DNA of 64,000 nt from Peribolospora baueri. Its lineage: Eukaryota. The notes beneath the pieces are model-generated. The model did no database searches. It had not been told where the DNA came from and was given only the letters and a program-made list of their open reading frames with translations. The position numbers and the translations under genes are program-made. The stretch is from positions 1-64,000 of the forward strand of contig JAMDHS010000095.1 in the NCBI GenBank assembly GCA_029717555.1, written 5' to 3'. Positions 33,501 through 45,610 of the stretch are shown here, in pieces; positions within the stretch are counted from its first letter, which is position 1; each line of letters opens with the position of its first letter.

Positions 33501-36500
33501 ACTGAGCATGATGAGAACGATCAACACAGCGGCGACCTCGCCAAGACCGCAGTTAAGGAAGTCGTGGTTTTCTTTTCTCTTGCGTCGGCCGGCCGCAGCG
33601 ACAGGCTTTTGCTGTTGCGATGACGAAGGTGGCTTGGCGATGAGCGGGAACGGGTAAGAGGAGGGGAAAATGACCGGTATGAACGATGCCATAGTTGACG
33701 GAGATCGGTGGCGCTCGATAGTCTTAATGGTGGCAGGACTCTCCATCTCCCTGTACGCGTCGAGTAGGCGAGGCATCATGGAGAGGATGTAATCCACGTT
33801 GTCCTGCTCTTGTCGAACGGCCTTCGCGTCGTTGATGCCGTCCCGGTTCTGCAGACTCGACTGCACCCGATCAAGGATGATGGCGAGGATGGTCACACAA
33901 AGACGCGTGCCTTCGATCCAAGTGATGCGCGTTCCGTCCCGGACACTCTCGAGGTCGTTGGGAGACGTGTGAGACAGTTCGTCGTACCTGCCGATATGCG
34001 GTCGGATCCAGCGGATGACGCTGGGAATGAGCATCGACCGCGAAGCTCGGTGCTCGAAAAGAACGCCTTTCGCCATCTGCAAGATGAGCATGAGCTTCCA
34101 GATGACCTATGTTCCGAGAAGGTTGTGTGAAAAGGGGTGGGCGGGCACCGGGCGGGCACCAAAGCGGGAGGATCAATAAATATACGGATGGTAAGTTCAA
34201 TCCCAGAGGCTACATCAGCTCACCATCTTCCCTTTCGTAATGAAAATAGAGTCAGTAAAGGATGTAGCGATATCGACCAACTCCTCAATATTGAACACGG
34301 TAGCCAGGTCGGGCAATATCCCGGCAAAGTGCTGCAAAGCGAGTGTTTGGGTGCCGATGATGGATGAAGGCTTGGTGGCGGCCATGAGGCGGTTGATGTC
34401 CCTAAGGAGTCCTTCCAGGTCACGCTTGAACTCGGCGTCGAGGTGCTCCGTGAGTGTGCCTCCTCCGATCTCCTTCGCCCTCTGAATGTCCCGGGAGCGA
34501 AGCATGAGCTTAAACAGGTAGGGCCATACTTTGATGGCCGACCGGAGGCTCTGGGCGGAGGCCGGATTGCCGGGGTCGGCGAGGAGGCGAGCCATGGAAT
34601 GCATGATGCTCAGGTAGGCGGTGGCGGAAGTGTAGTGGCGCTCGATGTACACGTCCAAAGTGGCACGGAAGTTCTGGAAGCGCCGGTCGGAGACGATGCC
34701 GAGTACGGTGACGAGCGCGTTGAACACCAAGTCGTCTATGTCTCCAGCCTGGCTGTATGGAGAGGTCATGATACCGAAAAGAGCATCGAAGACGTCTCGG
34801 AGGAACTTGACCACCTCCACCTCGCCGACGAAGACGAACTTGGAGAGCACATCACGCAGCTCATCGGGGCCGCCGCCGATTTTTTCCCAGTTGAGTAGCC
34901 GTAGAAGGGTCTCGTTCTGCGTATACTTCGTCGATACGAGCAGGGTGCGGACGAGCATGGTGTCCTTGACCCGACTGAAGAGTGGACTGAGAGGTCCGGG
35001 CACATCGTTGTTCGAACCCGGAGGAGCGACGGGTGGGATCTCAAAGTAAAGCTCTGGCGCGATCGAAGGCTGCGGCCTGTTCACCTTCCACAGAAGGAGA
35101 TGGTGGGTCCCGTCCGGAATGAAAGCTTGGTTGTCTTCGAAGAGTGGCAGATAGGCATGCGCGAAAGGCTTCTCCGGGTTCTGCCCGGTTGTCTGCTTCG
35201 ATGATCGATGCCGGAAGGTAAAGAAGACGTGACATTGCTCCATGAGCTCAACGGGGACCGTGAGTTTGATGAGCTCGCCCCAAGTTGGGTTGTTTTGGTG
35301 ATAGTAAATGCTCGAGTCGAATTGTGTCACATTCGGTTCGCCCGTCCCTCGCGAGATGACGTTCTCCAGGATATGACCGTCACGCGTCCGAACCTCCGCC
35401 GAGACCTGCACGTTCAGTTGAGCCTGAGACCCTACGCCCTTCGAAGGCTGGAAATTGCCACTCCAAAGCTGGTCGTAGACAAAGGAGCGGAATCAGCACC
35501 GCGGCCCGTCCATTCATTAGACGGTAAAGCTGCAATACAACTCACCTTGATGTAAACCTCGTTCCTCTTATCACCAGGGACCACGACGTCAGGGAAGCCC
35601 AGCCGAGCGGTGAGCGGAGCGTCCTGCAACAAGCTGGGATTTTCCCTAATGATCGTGTCCGCCTCTCCATGGAATACCTTGATCGAAATGGCGAGCATTT
35701 CCGCCTTCGGACTCTTCTCGAACTCCTTGATTCGGCTGGCGATGATCTGCTGGTGCAACGTAGAAAAGGCGGCTTCATGCACGGGTACGAAAATGGGCAT
35801 GCCATGTTCGCGCATCGAGCTCGCGTTGTTCACGTCTGGTATGATCTGGTGGTGCTGACCCAGCTCGAGAACTGCGCAGCCGAATGGCCGGCGGTAGCTG
35901 AGCGTGCCCACTGCCGATGACCCAAGGAGCATGTTTGAGGGCGAGTATCCTCCGACATGGTCGCTGTTTGACTGCAAGCTGATCGCCTCGTCCCCTCCGG
36001 TCACTGGCAGACGAGCGTCTGTTGGCCCATAAGGCGAGGCGCCACCATTGACGCGCATCGAGCCGTTCTTGATGATTCGGCAAACGACGTTGAGGTCGTG
36101 CATGTCGTTCGCGAGCAAGTCTGTGAACAAAGTGCGTACTTTGCCTATCCTACCCTCGGCCTCCCTTGCGGGCACACCTTGATGGTTCAGGACGACGCAG
36201 TATTCTTCTGTGAGAAAGCGCCCATCGGCCTTGTTGTAGAGCGAGAAGTAGAGTTCAGCTGTCTCTCCTGGGGCGCACGGTGACGCGACAAACGCGCGGA
36301 GGTCGAGGTAGACATGATAGTATTTGACGCCAGTCAAGCCACTGGACCCCGATGATCGTCCGGAGCTGCTAGGACGAGAGGTGCGCCGGGAGCGAGATGG
36401 CGAGTTCCCTCCTTCCAAAAGCAAAGGATTGGTTGTGGAAGGAGAAGTGATGCCGAAGGCGTTTGTTGTAGCTAAATCCACAAGGGAACCCGTACTCGAC

Positions 36501-37609
36501 CCTTGTCCATCCGGAGGCTGATCCACGTATGCGAGCGCGACTTGCAGAGCATACAGTCTGATTCCGCTCACCCAGCTCTCGGGGTCGGATTCCTTGCCGG
36601 TCAAGTCCACGTCCACGAGCCCTCCCCGTCCCGGATGCCGGACAATGACATCCAAACCCTGCGCCACGTTGCCCTTGACCAAACGAGCGACACACTCTCG
36701 CCGCAACTTGCCGACCTCTTCGGCGCTCAGCGTCTGCGTCAAGAGTTGCCGCCGGCTCATGTGGAGGACCTCGATGTGTCGGCGGACGATGTGGAAGAGA
36801 GCATAGTCGCGTCGCGAGAGGTAGCTGTACATCAGCGAAGACCACTCGCGTAGAGCACACGCGATTTCGTCCACCAAGGGCTCGGAAAGCCCGCTGTACG
36901 TCTCGTCCCCACACTTGAGTGACGGTAAAGGCGGTGGAGGTCGCTCGCTATCTTCGCTCGACGAGGGCAATGTGAGCGATTGCCGCCGAGCGTCCATGCT
37001 GACGCGTTTGTGCGTTGACTTCTGTCGGTTCAGGTCCGAGTTTCCTGACGCGGTCGCAACGGCTTGTTGGGAAAAGCTGTCCTCATCGCCTTCCTCCTCT
37101 TCCTCCTCGATCACCGGCTCCATGTGTCCACCCGGGAGAGACCGCGGTGGGAGACCGCCGCCGACGATGCCCTGCTCCTTCGCTCGCTCGTACATCTCCT
37201 GCAACCGCATCTCCGCGTCGTCCAACTGCTCCCGGATGTGCACGTGTGATGACGGGAAAATGCCGACGTACACCTGCGGCTCCTCCACCAGCCCTGCGCC
37301 GGAAGAAGAGCTGGCAGAGGGCGGGAAGGCGGAGTAATCGGACAGAGAAGACATTGAGGTAGCAGCGGTGGCTTGCCGGTGGGTGGAGACGACATATCCG
37401 CGATACCACGCGCTACTGACGTGGCCGAGCTGCTCGAAGACGTACACCTCGTCGCCGACCTCGAGAGAGATGAGGTTCGCATGCACCGCGGCGGCCACCG
37501 AGTCCTCCGGAAAGCCTGGCTCAACATCCGGTACAAAAGGATGGACGGAGAAACCATAAAGAATCTTTGGGAGGGGCTCCCACCGGAACGAGGACACGAG
37601 CGACGGCAT
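30516..37609 (-). CDS. DOCK-family (DOCK180/Dck1-like) Rac/Cdc42 guanine-nucleotide exchange factor
   Basis: N-terminal SH3-like region (LEVGDEVYVFE...WYRGYV...VGIFP) and EPLVDEIACALREW. C2/DHR-1 region (ARLGFPDVV.PGD.RNEVYIK, YHQNNPTWGELIKL, FFTFRHRS). DHR-2 region (EAALTLKLHADL, YFRVGYFGLG, FVYRG, LRRSEV, SPLENA, LNGAVDAPVNGG, FHDTLE). Confidence 0.93.
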
Positions 37610-38079
37610 GTTGGCGGCAAGTGCGGGGGCGAGTAGGGGAAGCCGATGATACTGAAATGCGGCGGCGGCAAGGGCCGACAACAGTCATCGCCGAGGTTAG
37701 CAGAAGATATTCAGGCAATAGCAACAAAGAACAGTTGTCGGCCCGTTCACTGGTACCAGGTACGCACTCACCCACCTTTGCACCTAGTCTCTAGAAGACC
37801 TCGCCGACCTTTCGCGCTGCAACTTGCTGCCGTAAGCGTCTCGTTCCTCCTTGTCAGTCAGCCAATGGACCAGCGAAGCGTTCGGCCAGCTCAGCGAAGC
37901 TGTCGATCAATCACCCTCTGCGAGAGCTATCGAGCTGGTGCCGCCGGAGAAGAAAGTGGGAGACGGCAGGTGTTGTTCGTTCACCAATGCCATAGCCATG
38001 CGGCGGCGGGTGGGCCTGGGAGCTTGACCTGCGGAGATACCACGCCCGAAGCGTGCCGCAGCCAAGGAATCAATTAGTC

Positions 38080-38116
38080 TAGGGTTAGGGTCGGAATCCA
38101 GGGCGCCCTAACCCTA
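38080..38116. promoter_or_regulatory. Inverted pair of telomere-type repeats TAGGGTTAGGG-N15-CCCTAACCCTA
   Basis: Perfect 11-bp inverted repeat (38080-38090 and 38106-38116) between the CAB4 stop and the DOCK 5' region. Confidence 0.5.
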
Positions 38117-38255
38117 CATGTGGACATGTGCGGACGGAAGCATGAGGGCGAGTGCCATCGTGATGGGTATATAATGACTACAGAGGCATCATGAGGATAT
38201 GTTTGTTACTAGTGGCGGCGGAAGCGATGCGAAGAGCAGGCTGGAAAGATTCAAC

Positions 38256-39748
38256 TTAGGCGCCGTTCGTCCCCCCTTCCGCCCCAGCCCCACCTCCGGC
38301 GCCGGCCTGCGCTTGCTTCTCAGCGATCCACGCTCGAATACCACTGCTGCTCATCTTGCCATCTTTAAGGACTTGTGCATCGACGTCCTCTGGAAGGAGG
38401 GAGCTGAGGTCGGCGGAGACGACGTCGATGACGTACGTGCGGAGGGGCGGGAAGGATTTCTCGATTCGTTTCTTGTGGACTGCGTGCGTTGCGTGCGCCG
38501 GTGTGGAGGGGAGGCAGCCAGGCAAAATGAAAGTGAGATGAACCAAGAACAGAAAGGAGATCGGTAGCGCCAAGGGAATCACGCAAGTGAGATGTTGGCG
38601 ATGCACCAGGACCCTTCCATCTGGGCCGGGGAACTCACTTGCATCCGCCCCCGCCTTCGTCTCCCTGCTGACGACGAGTGCTTGGACATCCGGGTCCGTG
38701 GCCGTAGGTCCATAGACGTCGGAGATAGGCACGATCTCTTGAGCAAGCTCGGGTTTAAAGAGGGTGAGAAATGTTTTTACCCGTCGTATTCGTTCGGGGA
38801 GAGGCTCGAGGAGAAGAATGTTTGACTTCTTCGTCAGGAGGGAGTCGTCTGAACGGTCCAGGGATGGTCCAGTGAAGCGCGTGTCGATTAAGACGAGGGA
38901 GGAGAGGCCAGGAGGTGAGATGGCATTCTCTTCCCACCATTGTCTCAATGACAAAAGGTCGAGCATCTTACCAGTGACTCCGACGATGATCTTCTCTCCA
39001 GCGATAAACGCCGCCATGCTGAGCAAGATCTTATGTCCAGCATGAAGGTGATCGAATGTGCCCCCGACGGCGACGACCCGATGCGTGGGTGGGAAAGCTT
39101 CGCTTTCCACCGGTTTTCCGTGCGAGTCCATTGGGCCCGCCGGGGAAGGGCAAGGCAGAGGGATGACGGAAAGAGAGGGGGAGAGCTGGAATGGGAGCTT
39201 GGATGGATCTGAAGGGCGGGGCGGGAAGGCCGGACTAGGTCAGATTAGCTCTTTTCTACCCTCGAACGGCCATATGCCAGCGCCTTCTGCTCACCGCCTG
39301 CGACAAATACGGTGTCGATACTCTGCCGCTTCTCCTCCAGCAAGGTCGTCGCCCTGCGCGAATTAGCCAGCACGACATTCACATCCAACAGCCATCTGTC
39401 CTCCTTCTTAGCGACGGCCATGGCCTGGATGTACGCAAAGCTAAGGAACGCCTGCACGAACTCGAACGCGTCGGTATTGTGCAGGCCGTGCATATCATCA
39501 TCCCGTGCCAGCACTTGGACCGGCTTGGGATTGTAGGGATCGAAGAGAGGGGAGACGACGAGGACGAGCAGGGATTCCGAGGTGTGCTCGGTGGAGTGCA
39601 GGATGGGGCCGGCGAAGAAGGACGGCGAGAACAGGGCGGCTTCGGAGGTGAGCGAAAGGAGAAGGACGTTGTTGGGCGTCCTTGAGGGAAACCTTGCCGA
39701 CGACGGCTCCTCCGTCGTCCCCGCGCCTCTTTCTCCTTCCAAGACCAT
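38256..39748 (-). CDS. CAB4: Phosphopantetheine adenylyltransferase (cytidylyltransferase-like, Cab4/CoaD)
   Basis: Has the HIGH-type motif VAVGGTFDHLHAGHKILL, plus IIVGVT, DVYGPT, ALVVSRET..GA and KMSSSGIR. The N-terminal exon joins in phase via GTGAGC...CTTCAG. Confidence 0.88.
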
Positions 39749-40502
39749 GGTTGTCGTCGGCGGTGGTGTCTACGGCCAACCCACCCGCACGCCTCAGTCG
39801 TCTGACCTGCCCGCCCCGCATACCTGGGTCACATGACCCGTTTAGTTTCCTGTCATTACTCTGGGTGTGGTTTGAATCCGAAGGAGTTGACGATCTCCTC
39901 CCGGCGGACATACCTCCACCTCCTCTGCCTCCTTCGCCAACATGTCCAACCATCATGGGAACAGCCCTTCGAGGGACTACCTGTGCTGCTCGACTCTCCC
40001 AAAGACCCGTACGCTCTTACAAGCTATGAAGGAAAATAAAAAAAAAAGTAACGAACAAGGACCAGACAAATATCGTGCTCTCTGCCCGAGCTTGGCCGGC
40101 TTGGCAATGTGTGTAAGCATAAAACAACCAATGTCGGCCGGCCAGTCCGTACTGTATGGCACATGCAGTGATTCAAGTGGGGAAGGGTGCAAGGGCGGTC
40201 TTTGCTTTACTACGTCCTTGGTTATTAAAGTCAGACAGAGGTAAGACGATCGGAATAACGTCGGGCTGCGTCAGGTATAATGTCTCGCTGAAACTGGTAA
40301 CGCTGACGGGCGGGCGACGGAAGTGACAAGAACGATCGGCAGGATAGAGCCCGTCGAGGAGCTTGCACGTCGACTGGAAGCGTCGAAGGAAAAAGGACAG
40401 AATTGTTGATAGAAACTGTCCCAGAAGCAATATCACTGCGCGTCGGCCGGAACCAACACCAGTTCGAATAATAGCCTAACTTACATCGACCGGCTGGTCC
40501 GA

Positions 40503-43500
40503 TCACACGAAGAACGACCCGGCCGAAAGCGGGTTCGTCCAATCGGCCGACCTCTCGGACTGCCAGTTTGCGAGCTCCCCATTGAGCCCAGCGCTCAGTG
40601 CTCCGCCCAGAGCTACTCCGCTCGTATCTCCGCCAGTGCCGATCCCGGACGGCGGCGGTGTAGTCGTCGTCCAGAGGTCTCCAAAGGCTGGAGCGCTCAT
40701 CGACATCATGGTGTCTTGCTGTTGGGCAGTATGCTGGGTCGCCACTGCTGCTGCCCCCACTCCCTCTCCACCAGGAGTTCCATTGCTGTTGCTGCCGCCA
40801 GCGCTCTGCTCGGCCATCGTCTGGCGTGAAAGATAGGTAAAGCTGTGTCGAGGTTGTTGCGGTGGCGCAGGAGGCTCGGATGGCGGGGAGGGAAACCAGA
40901 GAAGCTGGTTCGTCGAGGGATCTGTCGCAAAGCATCGCTCTGAGAAAAAAGGATTGGATGCAGGAGAACGAGAGAGAGTAAGAAAGGACGACCACCCCTC
41001 CCTATGGCCGGAGCTCGAGGACATTCCCACCCATGCTAGTCAAAAAAATCACTCACGAGTCATTCTGGGCACCATCTCGAACACTCCCTCGCCTCCCTGC
41101 CTCGCCACCGCCGTAGCGAGAGCACCGCTGGTCTGGAGCGCACCCTCATCTTCGCCTTCGGCATCCTCGTCGTTACCCTCTGCACTGCCAGAAAGAGCGA
41201 CTTTCGTCACCGGCGATTGTCCCTGTGTCTGCGCCTGTACGGAAGACACCGGCAAGGCTGCAAAGGACGGCTGCGCGGGTGCCGGAGAGAATGAGCCTTG
41301 CAACGTCGCCATGGGAGGGGCGGCAGGAGATTGGCTGAAAGCGGCCGAGGCCGCCAAAGCCCTAAGCCCATCCTGGTTCAGCTGTCCGTTGGGACCTAAA
41401 AGTTGTGAGAGGTCGAAACCTGCCGCTCGTGCATTAACCAGGAGTTGCTGAACGTTCGCTCCACCGAAGCTGTTCAAGGGTGGCATGGTCTGCTCTTGTC
41501 TAGGTCCTTGCAAACTTGGTGCCATTCCTGCGACAGTGGGGGAGACGCCCTCACCCAGCTTACGCTTCTTCGCCTTCTTCCCAACCGGCCTCTCGGACGC
41601 TTCGAAGAGGTCAACGAATTTGTGCTCGTCCTTCGCAGACTCGGGATGACCTAGATAGCCTGGTCCCTCGATCCCGCGAAGGAACGGGGACGAGATTCGT
41701 TTGAGGTTCGTGATCTGTTTCTCAAAAGTGTCGAGTGGACTATCGTGAAGAGATGCGTGGAGTCCGTCAGACATGCATGGCTTGGGGGCTCCCGGACGTC
41801 AGAAACTCACTATTCGACCTTTCGGCACTCCTCCGGCAAACACGAGTTCCAGTTCTTGATTGGGTTGAACACCTTGTGCTGCACGTTGTACCTATCTGCA
41901 CAGACATACAACGGCGACTTGGGGTCCCACACCTCGCGAGAGGGCCTGCCGCGAATGTATTTGGTGTAGAACTGCACGAAGACCTTTTCCATGATGTCTT
42001 CGAGCTGATGATCGGCGAAGTTGCCTGGGAGAACGGGTATTGAGGCATCGCGTCTCAGCTCCAGTGTTCGGGACACGTAGAAAGAAGCGAAAGCAAACTC
42101 ACCTGTCTTGAATATCTCATTTTCGAAGAAGGTTCGCTCGGGTGGATGGACGGTCTGCTCTGGTCGATAGTACCAGCACACGGTGATCCAACCTTGCGGA
42201 GAACTACGATCGGAGCATGTGTGCTGGATGTCAGCGTCGGTGGATGACCCGTTGATCCAAACGAAGCACGCACCTTTGCCGCTTGTACGCCTTGAAGATC
42301 TGGGCGATGATCGGCCTGGAGGGATCGTCCGGGTTCATGAGATGGACCCAATCGCCTGGAATCGCCGCAAAAACGACGGAAAGTTGTTAAGCGGTCAGAA
42401 GCGACGCTAAAGGTCTGAATGCATTAGCCTACTATCGCTACTCGCGGCTCACCAACAGTGTATTTGCGTCCCTTCAACCAAAGTGCCTCCCAAAACTCCT
42501 TGCTCTTGCTGGTTATGCGGGTGTGCAAGCCATGCTCGCTGGTCGCGTGCCCTGGGCCAGCCGACATGGAAGAGAAATTGGCCGACGCGGTAGATCGACG
42601 TCGGACTCCACGCTGCTGCTTGAAGGGTTCTTCGACGGCCGAAGAGGTGGCAGATGGAGAACCCACGTCCTCGGCCGCAGAGTGCGACTTTGTCAATTGC
42701 TGGTACAGACGCTGTGGCGGAACGCACGACTCTATATGAGCAAAGGACTGGGGCGAGCAGACAAGCAAAATGGCCATCTCGACGCACCTGCAAAACCAAA
42801 GAGTCGCCGTACTCCTGCGTGCCTGGCTCAAACGACGTCCGCGCGTTGGCGAAGAGGAGCATCATGTCCATTTCGAAGTCAGCCACGGCCGGATACTCGT
42901 CGTTGCGTGCTCGTTTCTGGGCGTGGAATGGTGGCACCAACACATATAGCGAGCGTGAGCAAAGTATGGCTCGCACCAGAGAGTTACGAGCAGTGCTTAG
43001 GCCCGTAGGAAGGACGAAGATCGAGCAAAAGTGGCCAGGCTTCTCACCTCAATGACTTCCAAAGACGTCGGCTTCTCGATCCGTTCGAAGTACTCCGGAT
43101 CCTCGTCTTCCTCCGGTAGACTTTCCAGCGGTCCAGACAGGGCTCTGCCACTGGGAACGTCAAAATCAAAACCGAGGTTGGGAGACAGAAACTAGGTCGT
43201 CTGGCCGGAAAAAGATGCGAGAATGTGTAGCTCGAGGGAAACTGACCTGCGATCTCGGAACTCTCGCAGGCTTGTGAGGATGTCGAGGTAGCGCTTACGA
43301 CGTTCTTCCTTCTGCTCAAAAGAAATGCGAAAAGGCCCGGTCCAAAAAAAAACATAGTTTAACAAGGTGTCGAATCCCCACTGTGGAGCATCCAGGGGAG
43401 CGGGAGAAAAGGCAGGGGCACTCTCATACGGCGCATACTCACCCCAGGTCCAACAGCCATCCATCCTCGATCACCTTCGTCAGGGACCTTCAGAGATCCC

Positions 43501-44971
43501 CTTCTCCTCCCCTCCCCCGAGCCATTTGCGTGCTCGACCGAACGCGCCGATCCGTACTGTTCTGCACCGAAAACCGCACCAGCGTGAGGCGCGCCTGGTA
43601 CTTCCTGTGAGGTCGGTGCCACGGGAAAGACGGTCTGGGACCATGCCTGCGGTGGCGGAGCGGAATAGGTTGGAGCGGAGAAGGTGGATGGATGGATTGG
43701 TGTGGGATAGTAAGGCCTCTGCTGCTCCTGGGCTGCGGGCTGAGAGGACCTCGTAGCCGGTCCTCCGAAGGAGCTCGTCAGCGTCACCAACGACTGCGTC
43801 GTCTGCATAGGAGCCACTGTTGCCTGACCCGCGCCGGCGACGTTGCCGTACGGCGGAGCGGATGAGGATGGTAGAGCCACGTCCGGTGCAGATGCAGGTG
43901 TGAGAGGCTGAGATGGTGGCGGGAGCGGCGACTGAGAGGTGGCGGAGGGCTTTTTCGGCCGAGCCCTTCGCCTCCCTGGAGATGCTGGCGTTGGATGCGT
44001 CGCTGAGCCTGGCTTGGGTGAACCGGCGGTGGTTGGAAGGGGAATGGGAGAGACTGCCTTTGGAGTCGAAGGGTGGCTAGGGGGCGCAGGAGTCTGCGGC
44101 TCTTCAGGGGATGGTGGGGCTGTCGTGTACTCGACAGGTGGCAACACACCTTCTGCGACACGTTTCTTGTACTCGTCGTGAAAAATGTCGAGGAGAAGTC
44201 GGGCGTTTTTGTAGATCTGGGAGCCAGACTCGTTATAGTGCATGGCATTCTAGCCACCGTTCCCATCCATCCATCGATCCGTGGAGAAAGAAATACAGGG
44301 TGAAGAGGAAGAGTCAGCATTCGTGCAATGATCAACCGGTGGGCCTTAGTCATGCATGTACTGACCAGAAAGACAAGCTCCATCTCCTCGACGAACACGC
44401 CGGCCGACTGATACTTCCGATTCGAAAAACTGTCGCGGATTTCGTCAAGGCAAATCGGATTGGGGATGTATTGGTAGTAGTCCTCCCAGACTGCAGTGTC
44501 GCCAGAAAAGGAAAGGACAAAAGAAAGAGCCGAACGCATATGAGTTGCCTGGATCGACTCAGCGCAAGTGAAGAAGATCGTGTCCAGCGAGCGTCCGCGT
44601 TGACTCGGCCCGCTGTGGGCCGCGCGTAGCACACCTTCTGTGCCGCCGGGAGCAGGCTCGCCTGGGGCAACCTCGGGCGTGCTCTTCCTCATCTCAGCCC
44701 TCGTCGGCCGACTAAGGTCGCCTCAGAAGCGTGCGTCGTCCTCACCGTATCGATCTGGAAGCTCCATAAACGCCTCGGCCGTCCTCTTCCCCCTCGTCCT
44801 GACGGAAAGCACGATGTCATACAGGTCGATCATGGCCTCCCGCTGCTCCGAGCTCAAAGGCGCGGTGGCGGGGCGCTTCTTGCGCGAAGGGGCGGCAACG
44901 CCGTTCCCCGCTGAGAAAGTGGAAGCGTCGCCACGCCGACGTTTTCCCAACGTTGACGCTGGAGAGTCCAT
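40503..44971 (-). CDS. RSC1: RSC/PBAF chromatin-remodelling subunit (Rsc1/Rsc2/polybromo-like: two bromodomains + BAH)
   Basis: BD1: FMELPDRYVWEDYYQYIPNPICLDEI...MELVFLNAMHYNESGSQIY. BD2: PEYFERIEKPTSLEVIE...DMMLLFANARTSF. BAH: VGDWVHLMNPDDPSRPIIAQIF...CWYYRPEQTVH...FFENEIFKT. C-terminal FATDP..NQLLWF.SPP motif. Confidence 0.88.
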
Positions 44972-45610
44972 GGCGAGCTGGGAGTGGTGGTGAATTTGAG
45001 CCGAGCGAAGGGAGTCGGGGATGTCAGTCAGTATGAGAGTCGTACTTGCGCAAGACTTACTTCCAAGACAGCGCGTCGCGCGGTCGCCGCAGCAGCTCAG
45101 ACAACAACAGCCAAATTCTGCGATTCGAGCTCGCTATCAACAGCGAACCGGACTGAGACACGTCCACACCGTCGTCAACCACTAACCAAGGCTGCGTTTG
45201 GCGCAATCAGGACGGCAGATGTCGAAAGCCTGGTGTCGGCACCGCATCGTCAGGTGCGGCTGGACCTGTCGCGATCAGCACACAACTACGTCAGCCGTTC
45301 CGCTCAGTCGTCCGCGCGCATGTCGTCCCCGTCCCTCCGTACTCCATAAACGACATGCGACGTTGCATTCGAGGAGAGCGTCTGCCACGGGACGGCGCTC
45401 TCGAGCGCGCGCTCGCCAATGAACATTTGCCATCCATCATCGTCCATCCATCATAGAGATCTCCGTCTCTCGCCGTCCAGTGATCGGCTGCGGCGGCTCA
45501 GGGCGCTAAGGAGCACATGCTTCACCGCCCGCGCCGTCTGTTTGCCCCGGCCATCGACACCATCGATTTGGGCGAGAAAGAGAATAGGTGAACGAGGACA
45601 GCACGATACG

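Noticed and set aside
39132..39300. Apparent frameshift between the two CAB4 ORFs
   Set aside because: Resolved by a phase-1 GTGAGC...CTTCAG intron.
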